Below, piece after piece: positions 37,609 to 46,576 of a stretch of 64,000 nucleotides of DNA. The notes beneath the pieces are model-generated. The model was not told the origin of the DNA and ran no database searches. It worked only from the letters and a program-made list of their open reading frames with translations. The stretch's first letter is position 1. Each line of letters opens with the position of its first letter. Origin of the DNA: an uncultured virus (IMG/VR IMGVR_UViG_3300030329_004627) (Duplodnaviria > Heunggongvirae > Uroviricota > Caudoviricetes); IMG/VR virus record IMGVR_UViG_3300030329_004627, one strand, 5' to 3'. The position numbers and the translations under genes are program-made.

Positions 37609-37707
37609 TTGGTGAGGTAGAGTTTCTTTCTATTCTCAAATTTGGATAGGTGTATTTCCATTTGTCCAAATGACAACAAAAAACTATAATATGGAGGGTT
37701 TTTATAA

Positions 37708-39072
37708 ATGTCATATAAATTTCAACTTGGGAGCGCTTTTGCTAGCGGCTCCATCGTACGTCGATTGGGAACCGGCGATAATAACCAGATGGTTCTTCAG
37801 GATGACGCGGGAAATATCAGACTCCGATTGAGAGCAACCCCCGGCGGCGCCGGTAAGGGTAGCATTTCTGGTTCGGGTGGTATTGAGATGACCACTGGTT
37901 CTTTCAGTGGTCTGTTGTACGGCTCTCAGCTGTCTGCTTCTGAGTTACGCGTTAACGGCCTTAAGGGCGGCGGAAACCGAGTCGTATTCACTGGTACCGG
38001 CGGTCTATTAGAGACAGAAGCTGGATTTACTTATACTAAGGGTACGGATACTTTCGTTGCCGCAAATGTGTCGGCTTCGTCGACTCTTTATTCTGCCGGC
38101 GCTGCTTCGTTCGGTAAGAACAAGATTGTGGCTGCTGCTGATGGTGGTTTGAAGATCGCTCACATGGATGCTGACTGGACAAATGCTGGTATCACTGTTG
38201 CTGACTTAGGTACAATTACTACTGTTGATATCAACGGCGGTACTGCTGATAATGTGGTTATTGGTGGTGCTACCCCAGCAGCTGCTTCTTTCACCACTCT
38301 TTCGGCTTCTTCGACTTTGAAGGTTGGTGGTACCGTTCAGCTTGATGGCGTTGCAGATGCAACATTTGCCGCCGCTGATAGAGTGTATTTCCGCGATGCT
38401 GATGGATCCGGATTGGTGAAAAGCGACACTTGGTCCGGCCTCATGGACGTTGCTGCCGGCACGGCCGCGGATACCGGTCTTAAAAACACCGCTGGTGTAC
38501 TTTCGCTTGACCTCTGTAGCTTAAACGCTGAAACCATCGCTACTGGTGATAAAATCGCCTTCTGTGATGTCGGCGACAATGGCCTTCACAATGAAACCAT
38601 TGACGATTTCATGGCTATTGGTATGCCATTGCTTGCTTCTGCCTCGCTCGCCGCGGGCAATGACTTTGTTGCTTTCATGGATTCTAGTGATAGCAATAAA
38701 GGTAAGAAAGTCAAGTGGGCAACTTTCGCAGCTGCGATCGCCGGTGCTGGTATCACAGCTACCAATGGTGTGCTTTCTTCCGATGCTTCGCCAACGCCTA
38801 ACAAGCTGGTTCATAAAGAAACTTTGACTGAAGGCTTGAACTATGCTACTGGATCTAAGAGCGCTACGGTGTACTTGCCACAAGATGCAGATATCGGCGA
38901 CACAGTTCGTGTTAAGGCCGCCGGGCTAGCCAGCGGCAAAGTTATCACGATTGGTCGCAGAGGTGGTTCTGGAACAAAAATCGAGGACGTAGTTCAAGAC
39001 ATCGGGCTTACCTCTCAGTATGGTGCTGTTACGTTTATTCTCGCTGCTACTGGTTCCTGGCTGATTGTCTGA
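37708..39072 (+). CDS. Fibre-like virion protein (454 aa), probably abundant
   Basis: Own promoter motif, GGAGG RBS and terminator. VDINGGTADNVVIGGATPAAASFTTL fibre motif. C-terminal VYLP...IGDTVRVK domain. Confidence 0.65.
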   Translation: MSYKFQLGSAFASGSIVRRLGTGDNNQMVLQDDAGNIRLRLRATPGGAGKGSISGSGGIEMTTGSFSGLLYGSQLSASELRVNGLKGGGNRVVFTGTGGLLETEAGFTYTKGTDTFVAANVSASSTLYSAGAASFGKNKIVAAADGGLKIAHMDADWTNAGITVADLGTITTVDINGGTADNVVIGGATPAAASFTTLSASSTLKVGGTVQLDGVADATFAAADRVYFRDADGSGLVKSDTWSGLMDVAAGTAADTGLKNTAGVLSLDLCSLNAETIATGDKIAFCDVGDNGLHNETIDDFMAIGMPLLASASLAAGNDFVAFMDSSDSNKGKKVKWATFAAAIAGAGITATNGVLSSDASPTPNKLVHKETLTEGLNYATGSKSATVYLPQDADIGDTVRVKAAGLASGKVITIGRRGGSGTKIEDVVQDIGLTSQYGAVTFILAATGSWLIV

Positions 39073-39104
39073 TTAAAAATATCCAAGTTTTACTTGGTTC
39101 TTCT

Positions 39105-39138
39105 GGATGTCCCTCAATTGGGGGGCATCCTTTTTTTT
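39105..39138 (+). terminator. Intrinsic terminator
   Basis: GGATGTCCCTC-AATT-GGGGGGCATCC followed by T8. Confidence 0.85.
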
Positions 39139-39142
39139 GTGA

Positions 39143-39150
39143 ACTATTTA
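39143..39150 (+). promoter_or_regulatory. Putative late promoter ACTATTTA
   Basis: Directly after the terminator and before the GGAGG RBS. Confidence 0.7.
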
Positions 39151-39166
39151 TTGTGGAGGATACTCA

Positions 39167-40306
39167 ATGGCATATAACGTATTAAAAGGCAAGGTCGCAG
39201 GTTCTGTCGATCAACACGGAGATCAAGTAATTGATGGAGTTAAGGTATTTAAGAATACAGTGAGCGCTGCCACCTTTTATGATACAGATGCTCAAAGTCC
39301 GTGCGCGACAGAAAATAATGTGGCACTTAAAAAGATTAGCAAAGAAGTAGAAGGAGGCCTCCTTATATATAAAGCTAATAAAGTGGCAAGTACTGATCGT
39401 CATTTACGATTTGGTGAAGATGGTATTTTTCGCACCCATGTTGCGGTTATTGGCAATGTGACTGGTTCTGGCGGCGGCCTCACTGATCTCCGCGCCAGCC
39501 GGCTCATTGGAAAGGTGTCGGCCCGCTCCATTGATTTTGGTGCCGGCCTTGACTCACATGGCAGTTCTCTAAAAGTAAAACCGGCTGCTGGTATTAAAGT
39601 AACAACGGAGGGGGTTAGTTTAAATTTATCTTCTTTAGGGGGGATAGATTGTGAAAATGGAAAAGTAACCCTTAATCACCGCAATACACCCAAGATAACA
39701 GAAAATGGCCAGAACATTAGCGATGATGACTTATTGCTCCTTCATGATGCGGACCGCCGCGAGGTACGCCACACTACTTTTAAGAATTTATATGACAATT
39801 ATATTAAGTTTAAGGCACCTCATCCCCAAGGAAGCCGGTACAGTCTTCAATATCGCGGCAAGAACACGTTTGAGGCTAGCGCAGCGCTGGTGTTTGATCC
39901 GCGTGAGTCCAAGCTTAAGGTTGATGGCGTTGTGGATGCCCACATGGCCGTGGTGTCTCGGGCTTTATATAATGGCGGCGCCGTTTATCGCGGCATTAAA
40001 ACAGTCAGCGCCCCCGAATACGGTTTTACCCCCTATGATAATACAGTATTATTTGATGCTAGTAACAATCCTATTGTGGCCATTCTTCCCCCGGCTGACG
40101 GCAACGAAGGAAGGGTAATTACGATAAAGAGAATATGTGCTGACGATGCGCGGTATAAAATTAAGCCAACACATAAATTAGTTATTCGTGCCGAACATCA
40201 ACTAATTGATTTTAATAAAGAAATAGTCATCCAGGGAAATTACTCTACGCGAACTCTTCAATCTGATGGGAAGAAATGGTGGATTATAAATCGAAGTGGC
40301 TCATAA
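39167..40306 (+). CDS. Fibre-like virion protein
   Basis: MAYNVLKG start like 36904. GDQVIDGVKVF fibre motif. C-terminal AILP...GRVITIKR...SDGKKWWI domain. Confidence 0.6.
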   Translation: MAYNVLKGKVAGSVDQHGDQVIDGVKVFKNTVSAATFYDTDAQSPCATENNVALKKISKEVEGGLLIYKANKVASTDRHLRFGEDGIFRTHVAVIGNVTGSGGGLTDLRASRLIGKVSARSIDFGAGLDSHGSSLKVKPAAGIKVTTEGVSLNLSSLGGIDCENGKVTLNHRNTPKITENGQNISDDDLLLLHDADRREVRHTTFKNLYDNYIKFKAPHPQGSRYSLQYRGKNTFEASAALVFDPRESKLKVDGVVDAHMAVVSRALYNGGAVYRGIKTVSAPEYGFTPYDNTVLFDASNNPIVAILPPADGNEGRVITIKRICADDARYKIKPTHKLVIRAEHQLIDFNKEIVIQGNYSTRTLQSDGKKWWIINRSGS

Positions 40307-40330
40307 TATTGGCGTTTTAGCGTCGAAACC

Positions 40331-40338
40331 ACTATTTA
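40331..40338 (+). promoter_or_regulatory. Putative late promoter ACTATTTA (scaffold-capsid operon)
   Basis: Intergenic exact motif. Confidence 0.7.
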
Positions 40339-40371
40339 TTTTGAATTAGTATTTTTTCTAGGAGTACCTGT

Positions 40372-41601
40372 ATGTCTAGTTTGTTGAAGGAAGCCATTGT
40401 TGATGCTAAGGCATTAAAAGAAGCTGCGTTAAAGAACGCTGAAGCTTCCATTATCGAAAAGTATTCTATTGAAGTGAAAGAGACATTAGATAGATTGTTA
40501 GAACAAGATGATTTAGATCTTGAACTAGGAGGCCTCGCCGGCGCCGAAGCGGATGTCGCTGAGGATCCGCTAGGTGGCGGAACACCTCTTGGTGGCGAGA
40601 CTGATGAGCTTGGCATGGAGGGAGAGCCCCCAGAAGAAGTAGTATCCGATGAAGATGTTCCCCTTGCCGCCGCCGATGGTCTTCCCGATGAGGATGCGGT
40701 CGAAGAAGGCGAACCAATCGAGTTCGATCTTAACTTGAATGCCCTATCAGAAGCGATTAAAACATTAGAAGGCACCTTAGATGAGAATCAAGAATTCGAA
40801 TTTTCCGATGATGATCTTTATGAATTATTAAACGAAGGCGATTGCCCCTCTGATGACGACGAGCCTTTAGAAGAAGCAGCTCCTGGTGTTGGCGATGATC
40901 CTAGTAGCTTCGCTGGCGAAGAAGCCGAAGAGGAAGGCGATGGTGCCGGCGCATCAGCCGCCGCACAGGCAGTGGCCGCCGATCAAGGGGAAGAAACTTT
41001 AGAAGACGATAAGCCCGTCAATATGGAAGAGGCCTTTGACACCGATTCTCTTATTGATGCTATCGTAGAGCGCCTCACAGTAGATATGGGCGCAGACCTT
41101 ACCGGTTGGGCCGGCCGATCCTCGCAAGATATGCGATGGGCAATCGAAAAAGAAATGGCCCACCGACGTTCAACAGACGTTGAAGATGAAATGAAGACTT
41201 TGAAAAAAGCTTACGAAGAGTTAGTTTTCGAAAATAAACAACTCAGTGAGCAAACCAATCAATACAAGCAAGTAACTAATGAGCTTAAAGAGAGTTTACA
41301 AGATGTAAACCTTTCTAATGCTCGCTTGCTTTACACGAACCGTGTATTAAGAAATACCTCCCTTAATGAGCGACAAAAAGAAAGAATTGTCGAAGCTATT
41401 TCGAGCGCCGGTTCAGTTACGGAAGCGCGTACAATTTTTGATACGCTTCAGAGCACAGCGCAGTCGGCACCTAAGCGCGCCCCAAAATCGCTGAGCGAAG
41501 CAATCACCCGTCGTTCTTCTGTAATTCGAGCTTCTCGCACAGAGAAGCCTTCATCCGACCCATTCCAAGATCGGATGATGAAACTAGCAGGAATAAAATA
41601 A
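40372..41601 (+). CDS. Prohead core/scaffold protein
   Basis: Very acidic, coiled-coil, many L-x-E sites, immediately upstream of the capsid gene. Confidence 0.75.
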   Translation: MSSLLKEAIVDAKALKEAALKNAEASIIEKYSIEVKETLDRLLEQDDLDLELGGLAGAEADVAEDPLGGGTPLGGETDELGMEGEPPEEVVSDEDVPLAAADGLPDEDAVEEGEPIEFDLNLNALSEAIKTLEGTLDENQEFEFSDDDLYELLNEGDCPSDDDEPLEEAAPGVGDDPSSFAGEEAEEEGDGAGASAAAQAVAADQGEETLEDDKPVNMEEAFDTDSLIDAIVERLTVDMGADLTGWAGRSSQDMRWAIEKEMAHRRSTDVEDEMKTLKKAYEELVFENKQLSEQTNQYKQVTNELKESLQDVNLSNARLLYTNRVLRNTSLNERQKERIVEAISSAGSVTEARTIFDTLQSTAQSAPKRAPKSLSEAITRRSSVIRASRTEKPSSDPFQDRMMKLAGIK

Positions 41602-41629
41602 AAATCATATATATAGGAGGTGATTAATT

Positions 41630-43438
41630 ATGTCTAGTATCGTTGAGCGTTTGACAGAAGGTATTGTCAACCGCGATATGCGCGCCGAAAGTCACGCTTT
41701 GTTAGCAAAGTGGGAGCGCACAGGACTCTTAGAGGGTCTTGGTAATGACCGTAAGAAGCAGGCCATGTCTCGTCTTTTAGAGAACCAAGCCAAAGAGCTT
41801 CTTCGTGAGAACAGCAGCATGAGCGCTGGTGATGTTGAGGGTTTCGCAGCCGTCGCATTCCCCATCGTCCGTCGTGTTTTCGCAGGACTGATCGCAAACG
41901 ATCTCGTTTCCGTTCAGCCCATGAGTCTCCCTAGTGGACTCATTTTCTTCCTTGACTTCGTATTCTCCCCCAACTTGGGAGCGAAGGGTTCGGAAGGCCA
42001 TCGTCTTGGTAACCAAGCTGATAAGTCCATTTATGGTACGAATCAGGTCGGTGCCCAGATCACTGGTGGTGTCGACTTGGTTGGTGCCCTTAAGCAGGAT
42101 CTTGGTGGTCCCCGTACAGTTGGTGCCCGTGGTTACGCTTATGCGTCTCCCACTGGTTCTTCGACCATGACCACGGGTCGCTCAAGTGAGTATCAGGTTT
42201 TAGACTCTTTCAGTTTGACAGGTTCTACTGAGGCCCAGAAGAAGATGATTCTTTGGGATCCCGATCTCATTGCTCTTAGTTCTTCGGGAACGGCCCGTTG
42301 GGTTGCTCGAATTGATATCGCAGCTTCTACATTCAGTCAGCTTGATTATGACACTCTCGGAGCTATTTCTGCTTCGATCAATGGCCTGAATGACGCTGTA
42401 CAGAACAATGCAACTATCGGAATTACTGCCGCTAATACCGGACAGCTTCGTCGTTTGACTCAGATCACCGGTAGTGATAGAACAGCTAATCGTGTTCAGT
42501 TGTACTTCATCTCTAGTCAGTGTCTTGATGGCTTGACTGGTTCGGCTGATGGTGCTTCGTGGACCATTGATTATCCCATCACTGATAACTTCCGTTCGGT
42601 TGGTACAGCAATGGGTGCGATCGAGGGTACTACAACGTGGGGACTGGAAGGTTCTGACGATATCCCCGAGATTGACATCAAAGTGGATAGTATCGCTGTT
42701 ACCGCTCAGACCAAGAAGCTTAAGGCTAAGTGGACCCCGGAATTAGGACAAGATCTTAATGCCTACCACAACCTTGACGCAGAGGTCGAGCTTACAAGCA
42801 TTCTTTCGGAGCAGATTGCTCTCGAAATCGATCGCGAGATTCTTGGTGATCTTGTGAACGGTGCTACAGCTGCTACCTACTATTGGTCCCGCGCTCCTGG
42901 TCTTTTCCTGAACCGCGAGACTGGTGTTGAAATCGGTGCTAGCTCTGCTGCCCCTGACTTTACAGGTACAGTGAGCGAGTGGTATGAGACTCTTGCTGAG
43001 ACCATCAATGATGTGTCCGCACAGATCCACAGAAAGACTCTTCGTGGTGGTGCTAACTTCGTCGTCTGCGGACCTGAAGTTGCCAACATCCTTGAGTTCA
43101 CTGCCGGATTCCGTGCTAGTGTCACACATGATGATGAGACTGGCTCGATTGGTGCTGTTAAGGTTGGTAGCCTTTCCAAGAAGTTTGACGTCATTGTTGA
43201 CCCATACTTCCTGCGTAACGTGGTTCTCGTCGGTCGTCGCGGATCCTCTTTCCTTGAAAGCGGATATGTGTACGCACCTTACGTCCCACTGCAGACCACA
43301 CCTACCATCTTTGGACCAGAGGACTTCGTGCCCCGTAAGGGCGTGATGACTCGCTATGCCAAGAAGATGGTTCGTCCGGACCTCTACGGTCTAGTGGTTA
43401 TTCGCGGTCTTATCGGTGAAGCCGGCGCAACTAGTTAA
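41630..43438 (+). CDS. Major capsid protein (T4 gp23-like)
   Basis: LLENQ, FPIVRRVF, VSVQPMSLPSGLIF, KLKAKWTPELGQDL.AYH.LDAE.EL, EIDREIL, YAPYVPL, GVMTRY. RBS TAGGAGGTGAT. Confidence 0.96.
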   Translation: MSSIVERLTEGIVNRDMRAESHALLAKWERTGLLEGLGNDRKKQAMSRLLENQAKELLRENSSMSAGDVEGFAAVAFPIVRRVFAGLIANDLVSVQPMSLPSGLIFFLDFVFSPNLGAKGSEGHRLGNQADKSIYGTNQVGAQITGGVDLVGALKQDLGGPRTVGARGYAYASPTGSSTMTTGRSSEYQVLDSFSLTGSTEAQKKMILWDPDLIALSSSGTARWVARIDIAASTFSQLDYDTLGAISASINGLNDAVQNNATIGITAANTGQLRRLTQITGSDRTANRVQLYFISSQCLDGLTGSADGASWTIDYPITDNFRSVGTAMGAIEGTTTWGLEGSDDIPEIDIKVDSIAVTAQTKKLKAKWTPELGQDLNAYHNLDAEVELTSILSEQIALEIDREILGDLVNGATAATYYWSRAPGLFLNRETGVEIGASSAAPDFTGTVSEWYETLAETINDVSAQIHRKTLRGGANFVVCGPEVANILEFTAGFRASVTHDDETGSIGAVKVGSLSKKFDVIVDPYFLRNVVLVGRRGSSFLESGYVYAPYVPLQTTPTIFGPEDFVPRKGVMTRYAKKMVRPDLYGLVVIRGLIGEAGATS

Positions 43439-43460
43439 ACACTAGTAGCAATATAAATGT

Positions 43461-43497
43461 AAAGCCTCCACCATTAGGTGGGGGCTTTCGTTTGTTT
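43461..43497 (+). terminator. Intrinsic terminator after capsid gene
   Basis: AAAGCCTCCACC-ATTA-GGTGGGGGCTTT then CGTTTGTTT. Confidence 0.8.
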
Positions 43498-43500
43498 AAA

Positions 43501-43529
43501 ACTACTTACCTGTGAGCCCTTCGGGGCTT
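43501..43529 (+). promoter_or_regulatory. Late promoter motif ACTACTTA plus 5' C(UUCG)G hairpin
   Basis: ACTACTTA at 43501-43508. GAGCCC-TTCG-GGGCTT at 43514-43529. Confidence 0.65.
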
Positions 43530-43569
43530 GTATTATTTTATGATATGATTACAAACGGAGGATTATAAA

Positions 43570-44010
43570 ATGGGAACAAAAAGAGTAGGCTTGGCTAGAA
43601 CCCAAGCACTGATTCAGGGATTAAAGAGAGAATTGACATGTGGAACAGCAGTCTTTAGAGGTAGAGGATTTCAGGCTGTTTCGACAGCAGTGACCGCTGC
43701 CGCCGCAGGAACAGACATTCCAGCAGGCGCTTCGCACGTCACAGTTACATCTGGGAATGCGGCTCACTGGGTAAACTTGCCGGCACCAGTTGTTGGTAAC
43801 ATTATTAATGTCTTTGTTGGCGCTAATGGTTGCGAATTACGCACAAGCGCGCCCGCATCGATTGCGATCAATGGCGGCTCCGGAGCCGGCGCCGAATCGG
43901 CATTACCAGCTAACTCGTATTCAGTTATGATTTGTACTTCTGCTACAACTTGGATTGGCTTTGAGGTGTCTAGTGTCGGAGCTGTTTCGGCTGTTGAGGT
44001 TGCTAGCTAA
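43570..44010 (+). CDS. Putative capsid decoration/fibre-domain protein
   Basis: Right after the capsid gene with its own promoter and terminator. VNLPAPVVGNIINV...TTW domain resembles the fibre cluster C-termini. Confidence 0.55.
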   Translation: MGTKRVGLARTQALIQGLKRELTCGTAVFRGRGFQAVSTAVTAAAAGTDIPAGASHVTVTSGNAAHWVNLPAPVVGNIINVFVGANGCELRTSAPASIAINGGSGAGAESALPANSYSVMICTSATTWIGFEVSSVGAVSAVEVAS

Positions 44011-44037
44011 TTTGAAGATTAAATAGGTTTTTACCTA

Positions 44038-44068
44038 GCCCCCTTCCCTTTTGGGTTGGGGGTTTTTT
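44038..44068 (+). terminator. Intrinsic terminator
   Basis: GCCCCCTTCCC-TTTT-GGGTTGGGGGT followed by T-run. Confidence 0.75.
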
Positions 44069-44100
44069 AATTAAAAAGAAAATTGCTCACTATTTATGGT

Positions 44101-44283
44101 ATGTCTTCTGAAGAAAATACTGAACTATTAAAACGCATAGATTATAACGAAGAGAGAATGGAAGAGATCGAAGACTTGGTGCGCGCCAATAGCGAACTCC
44201 TGGAGGAGATAGCAAAGCAGCTTATCGAAATAAAAAAAGTTTTGTCGGAACCTCAAGTGCCAAATCTATTGGGCCTATTTTAA
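44101..44283 (+). CDS. Small coiled-coil protein, probably leaderless
   Basis: ATG at 44101 is 5 nt after ACTATTTA (44089-44096). No SD. Confidence 0.55.
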   Translation: MSSEENTELLKRIDYNEERMEEIEDLVRANSELLEEIAKQLIEIKKVLSEPQVPNLLGLF

Positions 44284-44375
44284 ACAAAAATGGCGATCTG
44301 CCCAATTTTTTCCCCGGCAAATTTTTGAGATTTTCGCTTTTTTAGACTATTTACTACATAAAACAGGAGTTTTTT

Positions 44376-44723
44376 ATGGGCAAGAAAAGAAGAATACTTA
44401 CAACCAAAAAGTTTAACGCAAAACATTCGGCGCACCCGAGAATGAAGATGGCAGCACATCAAAACACAGAAGATGAGCCCACAGACACTTCTTCAACTGA
44501 AAGCGTGAGTGCTACAGAAACACTGTCGCCCCCGGAAATTGTAGTTGCGGTGCCAACTTTGACACAAGAAAAGGTTGAGACAAAAACAGTCACACCGACT
44601 GTAAAGAAAACAACCACAACTAAAGCAAAGAAAACAGTAACACCTCGCAAAAAGACAACTACAAAGTCTACTACGCCGAGAAAAAGAACAACAAAAAAGA
44701 AAACTACATCGGCTACCGCATAA
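44376..44723 (+). CDS. Lys/Thr-rich basic (histone-H1-like) protein
   Basis: C-terminal KKTTTTKAKKTVTPRKKTTTK.... Preceded by ACTATTTA (44346-44353) and AGGAG. Confidence 0.6.
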   Translation: MGKKRRILTTKKFNAKHSAHPRMKMAAHQNTEDEPTDTSSTESVSATETLSPPEIVVAVPTLTQEKVETKTVTPTVKKTTTTKAKKTVTPRKKTTTKSTTPRKRTTKKKTTSATA

Positions 44724-44741
44724 ATAAGCTTTGTTTTAACT

Positions 44742-44772
44742 AAGGCCCTATAGTTGTGTAGGGGTTTTGTTT
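44742..44772 (+). terminator. Probable intrinsic terminator
   Basis: CCCTATA-GTTG-TGTAGGG then GTTTTGTTT. ACTACTTA follows at 44781-44788. Confidence 0.55.
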
Positions 44773-44808
44773 CCCGCATTACTACTTATAATGAGGGAGA
44801 TTTATTTA

Positions 44809-46080
44809 ATGCCGACCAATTTAAATCCAAGATCGCAAACTAGCGCAATTGTATTAACTTCTACAGGTTCAGCCGCCCAAGTGGCGCAAGCGTGCCCATT
44901 TGGCGTATATAATGCGTCGATTCCGTTTTTGAGCGGCGCATCGCTTCAGGTTAACTACGTTTATAAGAAGCTTGGTGGTGATGTCGTTGATATCGAACTG
45001 ACTCCCGGAAATGTGTATGCGGCATACGAAGAGGCGGTTTTAGAATATTCATATATTGTGAACCTTCACCAGGGAAAGAATGTCCTTTCTTCGATTTTAG
45101 GATCGCAAACAGGAACGTTTAACCACAAAGGCGATCGTACTTCGGGCCCCGTGAGCGCGAGTCTTCAATATCCTCGGTTTTCATTGGGCTATTCACGCCG
45201 AGTAGGCGATGGCGCCGCCGCCGCAGGAGGCATGGGGGGCACTATCCCTCAATATTCGGCCTCGTTTAAGACCGTCGCCGGTCAGCAAGACTATGATATT
45301 CAAAAAATCATCAAAGCAGCATCAGATAGCGGCACTGATGATGCGGGAGATCCCGTGCCTTATTCGGGCAAAGTCGGCAATAAGCGCGTTCTTATCACCA
45401 AAGTTTTTTATGTCTCCCCTCGGGCCATGTGGCGCTTCTTTGGCTATTATGGGGGCATTGGAGTGGTCGGAAACATGTCTACGTATGGTCAGTTTGCCGA
45501 TGATTCCACTTTTGAGATTATTCCCACATGGCAGAATAAGATGCAGGCTATTATGTATGAAGATTCTATTTTTACGCGCACGTCCCACTATTCATACGAG
45601 ATAATTGACAACAAGTTGAGACTCTTCCCTACCCCTAGCGCTTACGGGTTTGATGATTTTAACGATAGAATGTGGGTGAAGTTTTATGTAGATTTAGAGC
45701 CGTATCAGACAGGATCCTACGATACCGGAATCCAAGGGGTCAATAACCTGAATACCGTACCGTTTACGAACCTTCCCTATCAAAATATAAATTCAATGGG
45801 CAAGCAGTGGATCCGAAAATATGCTTTAGCGCTTTGTAAAGAAATGTTAGGCCAAGTTCGTGGTAAATTTACAACGGTTCCTATTCCGGGAGAAAGCGTG
45901 ACTTTAAACTATGCCGATCTTTTAAGCCAAGCCAAGGAAGAGCAAACCGAATTGAAAGAAAAGCTTGTAGAAATGTTAAAGGAAACAGAATATCCAGCGC
46001 TTGCCAAACAGGACCAGGAGTTAACCGATGCTGCCAGCAATGTGCTTAAGGTAACACCGTTGCCTATTTTTGTAGGGTAA
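44809..46080 (+). CDS. Neck/head-completion protein (T4 gp13-like)
   Basis: Likely start ATG 44809 (MPTNLN). KLGGDVVDIEL, WIRKYALALCKEMLGQVRGKF...IPG..VTLN. Synteny. Confidence 0.75.
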   Translation: MPTNLNPRSQTSAIVLTSTGSAAQVAQACPFGVYNASIPFLSGASLQVNYVYKKLGGDVVDIELTPGNVYAAYEEAVLEYSYIVNLHQGKNVLSSILGSQTGTFNHKGDRTSGPVSASLQYPRFSLGYSRRVGDGAAAAGGMGGTIPQYSASFKTVAGQQDYDIQKIIKAASDSGTDDAGDPVPYSGKVGNKRVLITKVFYVSPRAMWRFFGYYGGIGVVGNMSTYGQFADDSTFEIIPTWQNKMQAIMYEDSIFTRTSHYSYEIIDNKLRLFPTPSAYGFDDFNDRMWVKFYVDLEPYQTGSYDTGIQGVNNLNTVPFTNLPYQNINSMGKQWIRKYALALCKEMLGQVRGKFTTVPIPGESVTLNYADLLSQAKEEQTELKEKLVEMLKETEYPALAKQDQELTDAASNVLKVTPLPIFVG

Positions 46081-46087
46081 TTAATAG

Positions 46088-46576
46088 ATGTCTGATGAAT
46101 GGAAAAGACCGAAAGCGCCCCCGCCACCGTTATTTCTTGGCAAGAAAGAGCGAGATTTAGTAAAACAGGTCAATGACGAATTAATTGAAAAAGTTATTGG
46201 ACAACAGATTCTCTATTATCCTATTGATCTTGAGACCACCAATTTTAATGAGCTTTATGGAGAGGCGATTGAGAAAACTTATTTACCTCCCGTGCGTATT
46301 TATGCTCTTATAGAGTTCACTGAATATTCTACGTCTTATATGGAAAATGCCGGGATCGATAAATCGTGGGAGATTGCTGTTCATTTTCATCGGCGCCGGC
46401 TTGTGGAAGATCAAAATTTATATGTGCGAGAAGGAGATTTTGTATTGTACGGAGATTTTTTCTACGAGATAGTAAAGCTATCAGAGCCACGCAAGCTGTT
46501 TGGGCAAGTTGATCACAGCTTCGAGATTTCAGCCACATGTAAACGAGCAAGAAAGGGGTTATTCGATGCTACCTGA
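46088..46576 (+). CDS. Neck protein (T4 gp14-like head closure)
   Basis: GQQILYY, LYGE, VREGDFV...YEIV, FGQ motifs. Synteny. Confidence 0.7.
   Translation: MSDEWKRPKAPPPPLFLGKKERDLVKQVNDELIEKVIGQQILYYPIDLETTNFNELYGEAIEKTYLPPVRIYALIEFTEYSTSYMENAGIDKSWEIAVHFHRRRLVEDQNLYVREGDFVLYGDFFYEIVKLSEPRKLFGQVDHSFEISATCKRARKGLFDAT

Noticed and set aside
37525..37707. tRNA or known riboswitch in the longest intergenic region
   Set aside because: No cloverleaf, T-loop consensus or recognisable aptamer. Only two simple hairpins.
26999..43438. Introns or inteins in terminase, portal or capsid genes
   Set aside because: Motifs are collinear in uninterrupted ORFs. The extra capsid segment (~42130-42660) lacks intein termini and looks like a surface insertion domain.
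44284..44345. T-tract-rich intergenic stretch as a bent-DNA packaging or origin site
   Set aside because: Tract spacing (about 16, 9 and 7 bp) is not helically phased, and there is no other support.
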